Below, in pieces: positions 24,901 to 36,763 of a DNA stretch of 64,000 nucleotides. Numbering within the stretch: position 1 is the stretch's first letter; every line of letters begins with the position of its first letter. The stretch covers positions 140,740,001 through 140,804,000 of the forward strand of contig NC_086097.1 of assembly GCF_963921235.1 (NCBI RefSeq), given 5' to 3'. A program made the position numbers and the translations under genes. The notes under the pieces are model-generated. The model saw nothing but the letters and a program-made list of their open reading frames with translations, searched no databases and had not been told where the DNA came from. Source of the DNA: Mobula hypostoma. Its lineage: Eukaryota.

Positions 24901-26019
24901 GAACACGAGGAATTCTGCAGATGCTGGAAATTCAAGCAACACACATCAAAGTTGCCGGTGAACGCAGCAGGCCAGGCAGCATCTCTAGGAAGAGGTACAG
25001 TCGACGTTTCAGGCCGAGACCCTTCGTCAGGACTAACTGAAGGAAGAGCTAGTAAGATATTTGAAGGGGGGGGAGGGGGAGATCTGAAATGATAGGAGAA
25101 GACAGGAGGGGGAGGAATGGAGTCAAGAGCTGGGCAGGTGATATGAGAGGATCATGGGACAGGAGGCCCAGGGAGAAGGAAAAGGGGGACGGGGGAAAAA
25201 CCCAGAGGATGGGCAAGGGGTATAGTCAGAGGGACAGAGGGAAAAAAAGGAGAGAGAGAAAGAATGTGTGTATATAAATAAATAACGGATGGGGTACGAG
25301 GGGGAGGTGGGGCAGTAGCGAAAGTTAGAGAAGTCAATGTTCATGCCATCAGCTTGGAGGCTACCCAGACGGAATATAAACTGTTGTTCCTCCAACCTGA
25401 GTGTGGCTTCATCTTTACAGTAGGGGTGGCTGTGGATAGACATATCAGAATGGGAATGGGATGTGGAATTAAAATGTGTGGCCACTGGGAGATCCTGCTA
25501 TATCTGGCGGACAGAGCGTAGGTGTTCAACAAAACAATCTCCCAGTCTGCACGCTCAGGTTGGAGGAACAACAGTTTATATTCCGTCAGGGTAGCCTCCA
25601 AGCTGATGGCATGAACATTGACTTCTCTAACTTTCGCTAATGCCCCACCTCCCCCTCGTACCCCATCCGTTATTCCTTTTCTCTCTCTCTCCTTTTTCTC
25701 CCACTATCCCTCTGACTATACCCCTTGCCCATCCTCTGGGTTTCCCCCCCTCCTCCTTTTCCTTCTCCCTTGGCCTCCTGTCCCATGATCCTCTCATATC
25801 CCTTTTGCCAATCACCTGTCCAGCTCTTGGATCCATCCCTCCCCTTCCTGTCTTCTCCTATCATTTTGGATCTCCCCCTCCCCCTCCCACTTTCAAATCT
25901 CTTACTAGCTCTTCCTTCAGTTAGTCCTGACGAAAGGTCACGGCCCGAAACGTCGACGGTACCTCTTCCTAGAGATGCTGCCTGGCCTGCTGCGTTCACC
26001 AGCAACTTTGATGTGTGTT
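24901..26019. mobile_element. Penelope insertion made of two inverted 3' termini
   Basis: Minus copy about 24901-25550 and plus copy about 25552-26019. 13-bp TSD ACGCG(A/G)AAAATGA. Absent from the paralogue near 54140. Confidence 0.82.
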
Positions 26020-26939
26020 ACGCGGAAAATGAATCAAGCCAACACTGTATACACAGAAGTCGTTGGAAGGACGATGCTCGTCATCAATTAATGTTTAAAT
26101 CAGGCACTGACGGACCTATTTCAACCGAAGTCATTAAAGGATGTATAATTGGGTACTTAAGCGGTTGGGTTTGGTATGCTGGATATTTTTGCCTGTGTGT
26201 GGTAGTATTAAAACATTATTCGTTTTAACGTGCTGAGATCGGGAAATTCTGTGTATTTTCCAGTGGGAAATCTGACGAACTGCCTTAACAATAAAACATT
26301 CAAAAGGAAGGAAGTGTAGGCATCTGGTGGAATAAAAAACAAGTTGAAGTCACGTGGTCACGTTGCCGTTTCTGTATCAGGATCCTATGAAAGGAAACGC
26401 ACTTCCAGCTCCCGCTTCAATAGACTCACGTTTCCATGTGTGGCGAGCGGTTGAAGTGGCGGGAGCGGCGCGGGGAGTGGTGGTAGTGGGGGGATGGGGT
26501 AGGGGGTGGTGTCTAGCAATCTCTGACACATTATAATAATCAGTAAGTGGGCAGACCGCAACCGCCGCTGAGCTCAGAGCTGAACAAACAGGAGAGTTTA
26601 AATTTAATGTCGCGACTCGGTTCCAAGACTACGCAAACAATACATTAATTTCTGCTACTTATCCAAGCCCCTGGGACCCACCACCTCCAGTGAAACGGGG
26701 CGCTGGAGAGGTTAACGCAAGTAGACTCCGCCTTTGTTCAGCCAGTTCTTACCCCGCCTCTCTTCGTCACATCTGCTCCTTAGCAGCTCTCAGGGATACA
26801 GGGCAGAGTGGAAGGCTGTGTAGGCTTTTGAAAGGCTTCTTTCACTCGGCCAGTCTAAAACAATGTTTTTATCGAAATATTAATACACATTGGATCATGT
26901 GTACCAAACAGATAGACCCCAATCATGCTTCCTTTACAG

Positions 26940-27240
26940 AAGGCTATTACCCCTACTACGGCATTGGCCCCGACAGCAGCTCGCCAGAGTCCTCTGTCCT
27001 GGGCCAGTCTTTCGAGTTGTGTCAAGGTGTAGCCCATCTCCTTGGCCTATACTTCCTCTCCCAGGGAGCTTCTGTTGGCGTGTCTATAGTTCTGAAGTTT
27101 TACGTGATGGGGTTGCTAACCTCATATCCAACCCATCCTGCTTTCGCAGCCGGGCTTGTGCCCGTCCGTGGAGGAGTTAGATCCCGATCATGATTAGTGT
27201 TATTGGGAGACCAGCACCATCTATGATGCAGTAATTGAAA
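26940..27240 (-). mobile_element. RTE-derived short element (internal-deletion or SINE-like); paralogue at 56880-57130
   Basis: RTE-type 5' motif GCAACCCCATCACGTAAAAC joined to a C-terminal LERLAQDRGLWR segment. Confidence 0.55.
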
Positions 27241-28149
27241 TAATAAATTGAAGTAATGAATTTAACTGCTTCCACTATATTCTTTCACTCACAGATTGGG
27301 ATTCGGGTGTCCTCGTCGAAATCGTCGTTTATTGCACATCCCGCTACCTCCGAGAACACATAACAGTGCCTACAGGAGCAGGTGAGGGGTTGGGGATCCT
27401 ACTCACAGCCTGCCATCCCGAAGCATTTCTGTCACCTTATACATAAGGTGGAAATGAGCTGTCTCATCGGACACTGCAATCATTCTTGGGCAGGTGCTGT
27501 CTCAGGGATGTGAGAGAGCTCCCGGATTTCGTTTCAGTGATAGCTGAGTAGCGATGATATACACTATGTTTCTTTTCTGGACATGATATGAATAAGAATA
27601 TGAACATTTATGCTTCCTGCACCATTCCGTTCTGTAGGAGTATCCTAGCCGGATGTATTTTGTAGATTTCTGCCCCCACAGTGAGACTTCGGGCGATTAA
27701 AGTTTCGGGTCGTTGATAGGTGCCAGTCACAAGGATCACTTTGTCCTGGAGATAAAGAACTGTTGAAGCTGCAGTAGCCAGACAGGTTGTAATTGTATCA
27801 ATGTATTAATTATGTGGTCACGAGGTTTGAAGCTACTGATTTATATCAAAGTTTCTGCTTTTGTTTTGCACTGCACCCGGCTTATGGCGGCAGTGGTCTC
27901 GTCATCTACTGATGACTAAAGTCCGCAGAATGTTGTTCATTTCTGATCCAGGTTTTGGTTCTCACCTTCAGACACTCCAGGCTGTTACCAGCCATTCCCT
28001 CCATTATTCCATCAAGGCGATCAAAGTCAAACTGAAACCGAGCAGCAATTGTCATTTGTTAGATTATAGTCAACCCTTCGCGCACCCTTGTGCATCTCCA
28101 GTGATGGAGAAACAGCAGGCGTGATAGAATGAAAATGAAATTGAACGGT

Positions 28150-29540
28150 CACAGAGACATAGTAAAGTAGATCACGGAAGCAGGTCTTTCAACCCATCTA
28201 GTCACTGCCAAAAGATTTAAGTTGTCTAGTTCCATCGACCTGCACCCGGTCCATAGACCTCCGTACCCCTGAAAATCTCGTACCTATCCAAGTCTCTCTT
28301 AAACGTTGAAATCGAGCTCGCATGCATCACCTGCGCTGGCAGTGCGTCCCACACCCTCATGGGCCTCTGAGTGAAGATGTGTCCCCTCATGTTCCTGTTA
28401 AACCTTTCACCTTGCACACTTAACCCATCACCTCTAGTTGCAGTCCCAACCAACCTCAGTGGAAAAGACCTAGCTATACACTTCCTAATTTTGTATACCT
28501 TTATCAAATCTCCCCTCCACCTTCTCTGTTCCAAGAAATAAAGTCCCAACCTATTCAATCTTCCCTTATAACTCAGGTTCTCTATTCCTGGCAACATCCT
28601 GGTAATTATTCTCTGCATTCCTTAAACCTTATTACATCTTCCCTGCGGGTAGGTGACCAAACCTGCACACAATACTCCAAATTAGGCCTTATCACATCTC
28701 AAGCAGCTTCAGCATAGCAGCCTAACTCTTGTACTCAAAACATTGATCTACGAAGGCCAATGTACCAGAAGTTTTCTTTATGGCCCTGTTTACCTGTGAC
28801 GCCACTGTCAATGAATTATGGACATGTATTCCCAGAACGCTGTCTACCACACTTCTCAGTGCCCTACCTCTCACTCCTGTAAGACCTAATGCAGACAACA
28901 CCTCGCACTTGTCTGCATTAATTTCCATCTGCCATTTTTCTGCCTATTTTCCAGCTTATCCAGATCCCGCTACAAGCGCTAATAGTCCTTCTCACTGTTC
29001 CCAACACTCCCAGTCTTGGTGTTATCCACAAATTTGCCGACTCAGTTAATCGCATTCTCAAGCAGATCCTTGCTATAGGTGACAATCAACAGTCCCAGCA
29101 TCGATCCCTGCGGCACGCCACCAGTCAAAGAACTCCAGTCAGAGTGGCAACCACTTACTACTACTCTCTGGTTTCTCCCACAAAGACAATGTCTAAACCA
29201 ATTTGCGGCGGCATCTTAAATCCTAAAAAACTGAGTCTTCATGACTAACCTCCCATGCCGCACCTTGTCAAATGCTTTACTAAAGTCCGGGTAGACAGCA
29301 TCCACTGTCATGCTTTCATCAGCTTTCCTGGTAACCTCCTCGAAAAACTCTACAGGTTTGGTTAGCATGACCTACCACTCAAAAAGCCACACTGACTATG
29401 TCTAATCAGTGCATATCTATCCTGTCCCTTAGAATAATTTCCAACACATTTCCCACTGCTAATATCAGGCTCAACAGTTTATAATTTTTTGATTTATACT
29501 TAGAACCTCTCTTAAACACCGGAATAATATTAGATGTTCT
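28150..29540 (-). mobile_element. Degenerate CR1 fragments
   Basis: QRIITRMLPG..RGDLIKVYKI and MEINADKCEVL. Confidence 0.75.
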
Positions 29541-30599
29541 CCAAACTAGCTGGAAGATCCACAAGAGTTTATTTCCCTAAAGTGGACACAGTATGGATTC
29601 AGGAAGGCAGGTCCTGCTGGCAAACTTACACGAGTTCCTTGAGAATATAACGAGCGCAGGAGATAGAGGGAAATAGGCGGATGTTGTATTTTTGGATTTT
29701 CAGAAAGTGTTCCATAAGGTGCCGCATAAAAGATTTATCCATAGACAAGGATACATGGAGTTGGGGGTCATGTATTAGCTTGGATAGAGGACTGCAACTG
29801 TACGGGGTACTAGTAAGGCCGTATCTGGAGTACCGTGTACAATTCTGATCTCGCCATTTGAGAAAATATATACTGCTTTGTAGGCGAAACAAAGGCGGGT
29901 TACCCGGTTGATTCCGAAGATGAGAGGGTTAGCCTATGAAAAGAGATAGAAGCGCATGGGACCACTGTGGTTAGTAGGAAAATGGTGGTTGTAGAGAAAA
30001 TGTAGGTAAGTGGAGCTGAGTCTAGATCAGCCATGATTTTATCGAATGGTGCAGCAGCATTGACGGGTCAATTGGACTCCTCCTACTCCCATTTCTTCTG
30101 TTCTTGCGGTCTTATTTGCCAGGATCGCTGCTCATGACTTCCCTTTTTATAAATTCTCCTTCATTGAATGTCAATAAAACCTACAGACATAAAATGGTCA
30201 CTACTGGGGGAGAGACAGCAGTGTTGGATTCTGATGTTTTTGATCCAAGGTTCTTTCCGAAATCCAGAACAAGAGATAAAACGTGTGGCTCCATGACCCT
30301 TACATTAAGTTCTAGGAGAGAAAAGGAATCGAAAAGGGAGCGTTGCAAAAGTCTAATAACAATGAAGAAAGAGAAGGGAAAGAAGATGATGAGCCAACAC
30401 GATTCGGAAATAATACATATAACTGTAACCACTAGGGGACACAGTGCACAGTTACATACATATAGTTAATTATACAAAATACAAGCAGGCATAACAAAGT
30501 TAAACTGTAAAGAAATAACAATTACTGTCTAATCCAACATCAGGAACTGGAAGGTTATGATTTAAATCAAAAACTATACCGCTGCTCAGGAAAAATGAA

Positions 30600-32120
30600 C
30601 AGAAGCAACACACCCAAGAATCTGCAGGAAATCAGCCGGTCAGGCAGCATCTCTGGAAATGAAAAAAGCAGTGGACCTTTTGGGCGGAGAAATGGGGTTT
30701 CCTTTCCTCCACCATTGATGCTGCGCCCATTCCCACCTCCTCCATTTTCTTAACAGCCGTGCTCACCTCGTCCTCCCTTCGCCTAAACGGTGATAGTGTT
30801 CCTGTTGTTCTTATCTACCACCCCATGCGCCTCCACATCCAACACATCATTCTCCACAACTTCCGATATCTCTAACGGGACCCCTTCACCAAACATATCA
30901 TCACCTCTCCCGCTTTTGCCACCCTTCCCCCAGCATTTTCCGCTTTCTACAGCGATCGCTCCCTCCGTGGTTGCCTTGTCCATTCGTCTCTCCCAACTAA
31001 TCTCCCACCGTGCATTGGTCCCTACAAGCTGCTGAAGTGCTACACCCGCCTCTGCACCTGCTCCCTCACCTACATTCAGACCATAACATATAGGAGCAGA
31101 GTTAGACCATTTCGCCCATCGAGTTTGCTCCGACATTTCATCGGGGCTGATCCATTTCCCTCTCTGCCCTGATCTCCTGCCTTCACCCCGAAACCCTTCA
31201 TGCACTGACCAATAAAGAACCTATCAAACTCTGCCGTAAATATACCCAGTGCTTGGACTCCACAGCCACCTACACAGATTCATTACTCTCTGGCGACATA
31301 AATTTTTCCTCATCTCCATTCTAAATGGACTGCCCTCCATTCTAGGCTATGCCCTCTGGTCCTAGATTCCCCGCCATAGGAAGCATCCTCTCCACGTCCG
31401 CTCTATCGCGGCCTTTCATTATTTGATAGGTTTCAATGAGATCCACCCACCTCCGTTGGGTGGATCTCATTTCTCAGTTGCAGGGAACATAGGCCCAGAA
31501 CCACGACTCAGTCCTCGAATTGTAACCCTTTCATTCCTAGAATCTAGCCGGTGCTCCCAAAGCGCCCTACTGTACATTGGTAAGACCTATCGTAAATTGG
31601 GGGACCGCTTCGTCGAGCATCTGCTCTCTATCGGTCAAAACCGGAACTTCCCGGTGGGTAAACACTTTGATTCTGATTGCCACTGCAATTATGAAATATC
31701 TGCCCATGGCCTCTTCTTGAACTAGGATAGGCCACCCTCGGAGTGGAGAAACAATGCCCTATATTCTGTTTGGGGAGCCGCCAACCTGATGGCATGAATA
31801 TTGATTTCTCCTTCCGGTAAAAAAAAATTATATCCCCCCCTCCCCTCTTCTTCTATTCCCCACCTGCCTATCATCTTTTTTTCTCCCACCGTTTATCATT
31901 CCTACCCACCTCGCTTCACCTATCAGCTTCCAGCTATCCTCCATCCCAAACACCTCATCTTTTTGTTCTGTCGTCTTTCCCCTTCATTTCCAGTCGTGAA
32001 GGTGGGTCTCAGCCCGAAACCTGACTGTTTATTCATTTCCACAGATGTTATCTGACCTGCCGAGTTCCTCTAGCATTTTGTGTGTGTTGCGTTGGATTTC
32101 CAGCATCTGCAGAATTCCTT
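30600..32120 (+). mobile_element. Penelope-like element with a minus-strand CR1 fragment at about 31080-31555
   Basis: GIY-YIG fragment LLYIGKTYRKLGDRFVEH and a typical Penelope tail ending near 32120. Confidence 0.72.
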
Positions 32121-32159
32121 GTGTTAAAACAAAGTTAACGTTTGGGGTCAGATTGCTTC

Positions 32160-33167
32160 AGATTAATGACCTTGCCTACACGGGTATTAAAGGTTATTAT
32201 CAGAGGCGACGCAATCGGCAATTGTCTCTGATCTGGGCCGACATTTACTTGCGGGTGGCACCTAATTAATTAGCTTGTTTATTTCGGCCTTTTTTTCTTG
32301 AAGATGTGCTGGGTGCCTTCCGGCTACCGCTGCATTCTCCGCCAATCGGTATCTGTCCGCCGCTTCGGGGGATGGGGCGGTGGGACACTGAGGTGTCATC
32401 TGTTTCCATCAGGGCAGGCAGGTCATCCTCTTCTCTGTTTGCCTGCCTCGATGTCGAAGGTCGAGGTTCGTCGTCTGCTGTGGTTGACTGGAAGGCTTGC
32501 TTGACTGCTAGCCACGCGCATTTTCTATCATACAGTTCCTTGTAAGCACTCAAACTATCTTGAAAATATGCCCTAAACAGACGTACCCTTTCAAAATTAA
32601 AGTCGTACTTTATCATTGCAGCAAAAATATCACGCAGTTCATTCACGTTCAGTTCCTGGACGACTTCACTTTCGGTCCGTTCGCTACTGCATTCGGTTTC
32701 GATTGTTATCCTTTCCTCTTCCAATTGCATCACCTCTTCATCTATCAGTTCTTGGTCATGGGATGCCAAAACCTCTTCAACATCATCTTCGTCAACTTCC
32801 ACAAGCCAAACTCACTTCGTTTTAGCTTCTTTCACCACGATCGAAACGCTTACGTCTAGTTTTACGCTAAGTGTAACACCCTTACGAGCTCTTTTAGGCT
32901 TTTCTGATACCTTAGAACTCATCTTGCAAACGGATGCTCACAGGCATGTGTTTAAGCAATGCCGGCGAGAATGTAGTTCCGGATCCGGGGGTGGAGCGGC
33001 TGCTCGGGGCGTGCGCTGCTTTTTTCTGCGCGATGCTTTTTTCGCGCGCTGCCTTTTTTCGTAACAGTGAAAACACCTTCTGTTAGCGAAAACAGGGAAC
33101 TAATGTAGGTCTTTCGTTACAAGTAAGGTTTCGTAAAGCGAAAGTTCGAAAAGCAGGGGACACCTTG
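32160..33167 (-). mobile_element. Tigger/pogo-type DNA transposon deletion derivative
   Basis: Terminal repeat CA(A)GGTGTCCCC..TTTTCGAAC next to TA at 33168. ORF EVDEDDVEEVLASHDQEL resembles a Tigger transposase C-terminus. Confidence 0.7.
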
Positions 33168-33562
33168 TACTCACTTTTCCAGTTTACTGGACACACCACG
33201 AGACAAGGAAACGGCATCGGAAAAAGAACGGAAGGATGAGGCAACCTGGCCCAGAGTCGTGCCCCAGCATTCAATATGATCATTGCTAAAGTATGCCCCA
33301 GGCCTCGGCACCTCTTCCATACCAGAGCACCATGGCCCTCTGTTCTCCGATTTTTACATTCGTTATACTGCACAGATACAGGCTCTGCAGCCCTACTCGT
33401 CCAAACTTTCCAATGGTCAGTGGGAGAGAAGCAAACTTAATGGTTCAGGTCGAAATTTCAGACAAGTATCTTTGAAGGGCCCAGGGACCAGAGATCCATT
33501 AAGATTCCAACGAATCGCTTCCCTGTGCTAGAGGTTGTAAATGGCCCCCACATTCATTTAAG

Positions 33563-35620
33563 TGAAGTAACCATTCCTGTTCCTGAGCCATCCAGGTCTC
33601 TGTAATGGCCACCATATCATATCTCCAAGTACTAATCCACGCTCTAAGCTCATCCGCTTTGTTCACAACACTCCTTGCGTCAAAATACTGTAGACTCATC
33701 TAAAACCTTCAGTCTGAGCTCGTCCCATCTCTATCACCTTTCTATCCTCCCTCTCGTAATGTCTACAAGCTTTCTCTATTTGTGAGCCAACCTCCTCTTC
33801 CCCAGTCTCTTCAGTTCGGTTTCCCACACCACCACCACCCCAACAATTCTAGTTTAAACTCTCCCCAGTAGCCTTAGCAAACCTCCCTGCCAGGATATTG
33901 GTCTCCCTGGGATTCAAGTGCAACCCGTCCTTTTTATACCGGTCACACTTGCTCCAAAAGAGGTCCCAATGATCCAGAAATCTGAATCCCTGCGCCCTGC
34001 CCCAATCCCTCAGCCACGCATTTATCCTCCACTTCATTGTATTCCTATTGTCACTGTCACGTGGCACAGGCAGTAATCCCGAGATTACTACCTTAGCGCC
34101 CTGCTTCTCAACTTCTTTCCTATCTCCCTGTAGTGTGTATTTAGGACCTCTTCCCTTTATCTGCCTATGTCATTGGTACCAATATGCACCACGACCTCTG
34201 GCTGTTTTCCCTCCCACTGCAGGATATCTTGGACGTGATCTGAAACATCCCGGACACTGGCACCTGCAGGGAAAACTACCATTCGAGTTTCTTTCCTGCG
34301 TCCATAGAATCGCCTGAATGACCCCCGAACTATAGAGTCCCCTATCACTGCTGCCATCCTCTTCCTTTCCCTACCCTTCTGAGCCATAGGGCCAGACTCT
34401 GTGCCAGTCGCTTCCCCCAGGTAGGCTGACCCCCCCCCAACGGTACTCAAACAGGAGTCCTTATTGTCAAGGGGTACAGCCACAGGGGTACTCTCTAGTA
34501 CCTGACTCTTCCCCTTCCCTCTCCTGAATGTGACCCACTTGTCTGTCTCCCGTGGCCCCGGTGTGACTACCTGCCTGTAACTCCTGTCTATCACCTCCTC
34601 GGTCTCCCTGACCAGGCGAAGGTCATCCAGCTGCATCTCCATTTCCCTAATGCAGTCCCTTAGGAGCTGCAGCTCGACATATCGGGTGCAGATATGGCCG
34701 TCCGGGAGGCTGGGAGACTCCCGGACCTTCCACATATGACACCAAGCATAGAAAACTGGCCTCACACACACACTTCCTCCTTTCCTCAAATAAGACATGT
34801 AAACCTACCCTCCCTCGTCCCGTTACCGCCCAAGCCCGTTAAGCCAAAGCCCAATCACTTTGCCACCGGGTTTTAGATGTTTCAGAAAGGACAGTGAGGG
34901 AGGCAAAAGAGGTGGGGACGTGGTACTGTTGATCAGAGGTAGTGTCACGCTGCCGAAAAGGAGGACACCATGGAGGGATTGTCTATGGAGTCTCTGTGGG
35001 TGGAGGTTAGGAACAGGAAGGGGTCAATAACTTTACTGGGCGTTTTTTATAGGCCACCCAAGGTAACAGGGATATCGAGGAGAAGATAGGGAAACAGATC
35101 CCGGAAAGGTGTCATGATACCAGAATTGTCGTGATAGGAGAATTTAATTTCCCAAATATCGAATGGCGTCTCCCTAGAGCAAGGGGTTTAGATGGGGTGG
35201 AGTTTGTTAGGTGTGATCAGGGAGGTTTCTTGATGCAATATGTAGATAAGCCTACAAGGGAAGAGGCTGTACTTGATTTGGTTTTGGGAAACGAACCTGA
35301 TCAGGTGTCAGATCTCTCAGTGGGAGAGCATTTTGGAGATAGTGCTCATAATTCTATCTCCTTTACAATAGCATTGGAGAGAGATAGGAACAGACAAGGT
35401 AGAAGAGCGTTTAATTGGAGTAAGGGGAATTATGTGGCTATCACGCAGGAAATGGGAGGGTTAAATTGTAGATATTTGTGTGGAGTTCTGCATAGGTACG
35501 TTCCAATGAGACAGGGACGTTATGGTAGGGTACAGGAACAGTGGTGTACAAAGGCTGTAATAAATCTAGTCAAGAAGTAAAGAGAAGCTTACAAAAGGTT
35601 TAGAGAGCTAGGTATTGTTG
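33563..35620 (+). mobile_element. CR1 LINE with inverted 5' part (33563-34860 on -, 34866-35620 on +)
   Basis: The minus part runs from the element 5' end through ORF1 to QEWLL. The plus part resumes at PGFRCF. Confidence 0.8.
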
Positions 35621-35989
35621 GAGATCTAGAACTGATACTAATGTTTCTGTCTTGCACTGTACTACTCCCGCAAAGCAACACATTTCGCGCCTTATGTCAG
35701 GGGTAATAAGCCTGATTCGCATTCTGATCCACCAACATTGCACAGAGCTGAACAAAGAAACGCGGCGCTGGGCCCAGTGACCACGAAGAAGGGAAAATTG
35801 AGGGGTTCATATTGTGAGGTTTCGGTAAGAGACAAAGGGGTCTTGTTGACACTGAGGGTCGAGGAGCTGCAACGAGATAGGCAAACACCAGAGGATAAAG
35901 TGCGATGGATATATTTCTGTAATTTTGGCCTGATACTTTAAATCTGCACCATTTCACTAATATTGCCTGGCTTGCTAAGTGTTTCCATA

Positions 35990-36294
35990 ATTTCCTGGTC
36001 TTATTTAGGATAAAGATCAGTTTTAATCGAAATAAATTTTGGAAACAGGACCGAGGGGCCGAGTGGCATTGTGGGACCTTCAAGTAAACCTCTCCATTTT
36101 ATGAATGGGAGAAATAAACCGGGGCGTGCACCGCTCCCTGACCGCCATCTCCTTAGGCGGCGCTACCAGTCTACTGTAAAGTAGTGATTTGTACACGGTT
36201 CGGGGTAGGAGCTAGGGCGGGTCCAACCCCTACACCAAGAGTTGATAAACTGCGCTTCCTCTCAGATTCCAAATACTGACCCCGCGCAACAAGC
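35990..36294 (+). promoter_or_regulatory. Putative V2 promoter, paralogous to the V1 promoter
   Basis: Shared blocks with 8400-8723: GGATAAAGATCAG, GGCGGCGCTACCAG, ACACGGTTCGGGGTAG, TGATAAACTGCG, TTCCTCTCAGATTCCAAA. Confidence 0.55.
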
Positions 36295-36725
36295 ATGTGG
36301 CAGGGTCCCTGGTTCGTGGTGCTGCTTTTCAGCTGTGCGTTACCAACACCTCTTCAACTTTTATCGCTCCTTCCCGCCGCGCGGATTCTTTTTTTTTTAC
36401 CGTTTTCTGCTCTTTTTGCAGATGGAAGTGTGGCTCAGACCCTGACCCAGCCCAAAGCATCGATTACGGTATCTGTCGGGAAAACCGCGCTAATTCGGTG
36501 TCAAGTGAAAGGAGGTTCCATCAGCAGCACTTCTCCCCTTCACTGGTACCAACAGAAACCCGGCAAGCCTCCCCAAAGGATACTCTACTATGGAGAAAGC
36601 ATATCGCGGGATCCAGGAATCGGGGAATCCTTCGACGCGATAAAGACCGCAAATCACGAAGTCTATCTCACAATCGCCGTTAACACTGAAAGCGCTGCCA
36701 CCTATTACTGCGCCTACTGGGTCTA
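36295..36725 (+). CDS. TRGV: T-cell receptor gamma variable segment V2, apparently functional: leader exon 36295-36334, intron 36335-36421, V exon 36422-36725
   Basis: Leader exon identical to V1, phase-1 intron, then YGSVA-QTLTQP..C..LHWYQQKPGKPPQRILYY..ATYYCAYW, open frame, followed by an RSS. Confidence 0.9.
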
Positions 36726-36763
36726 CACAGTATGTAATAGAAAACAAACTCTGCACAAAAAGC
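36726..36763 (+). other. Recombination signal sequence of V2 (23-class, 22-bp spacer)
   Basis: CACAGTA (36726-36732), 22 nt, ACAAAAAGC (36755-36763). Confidence 0.92.
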
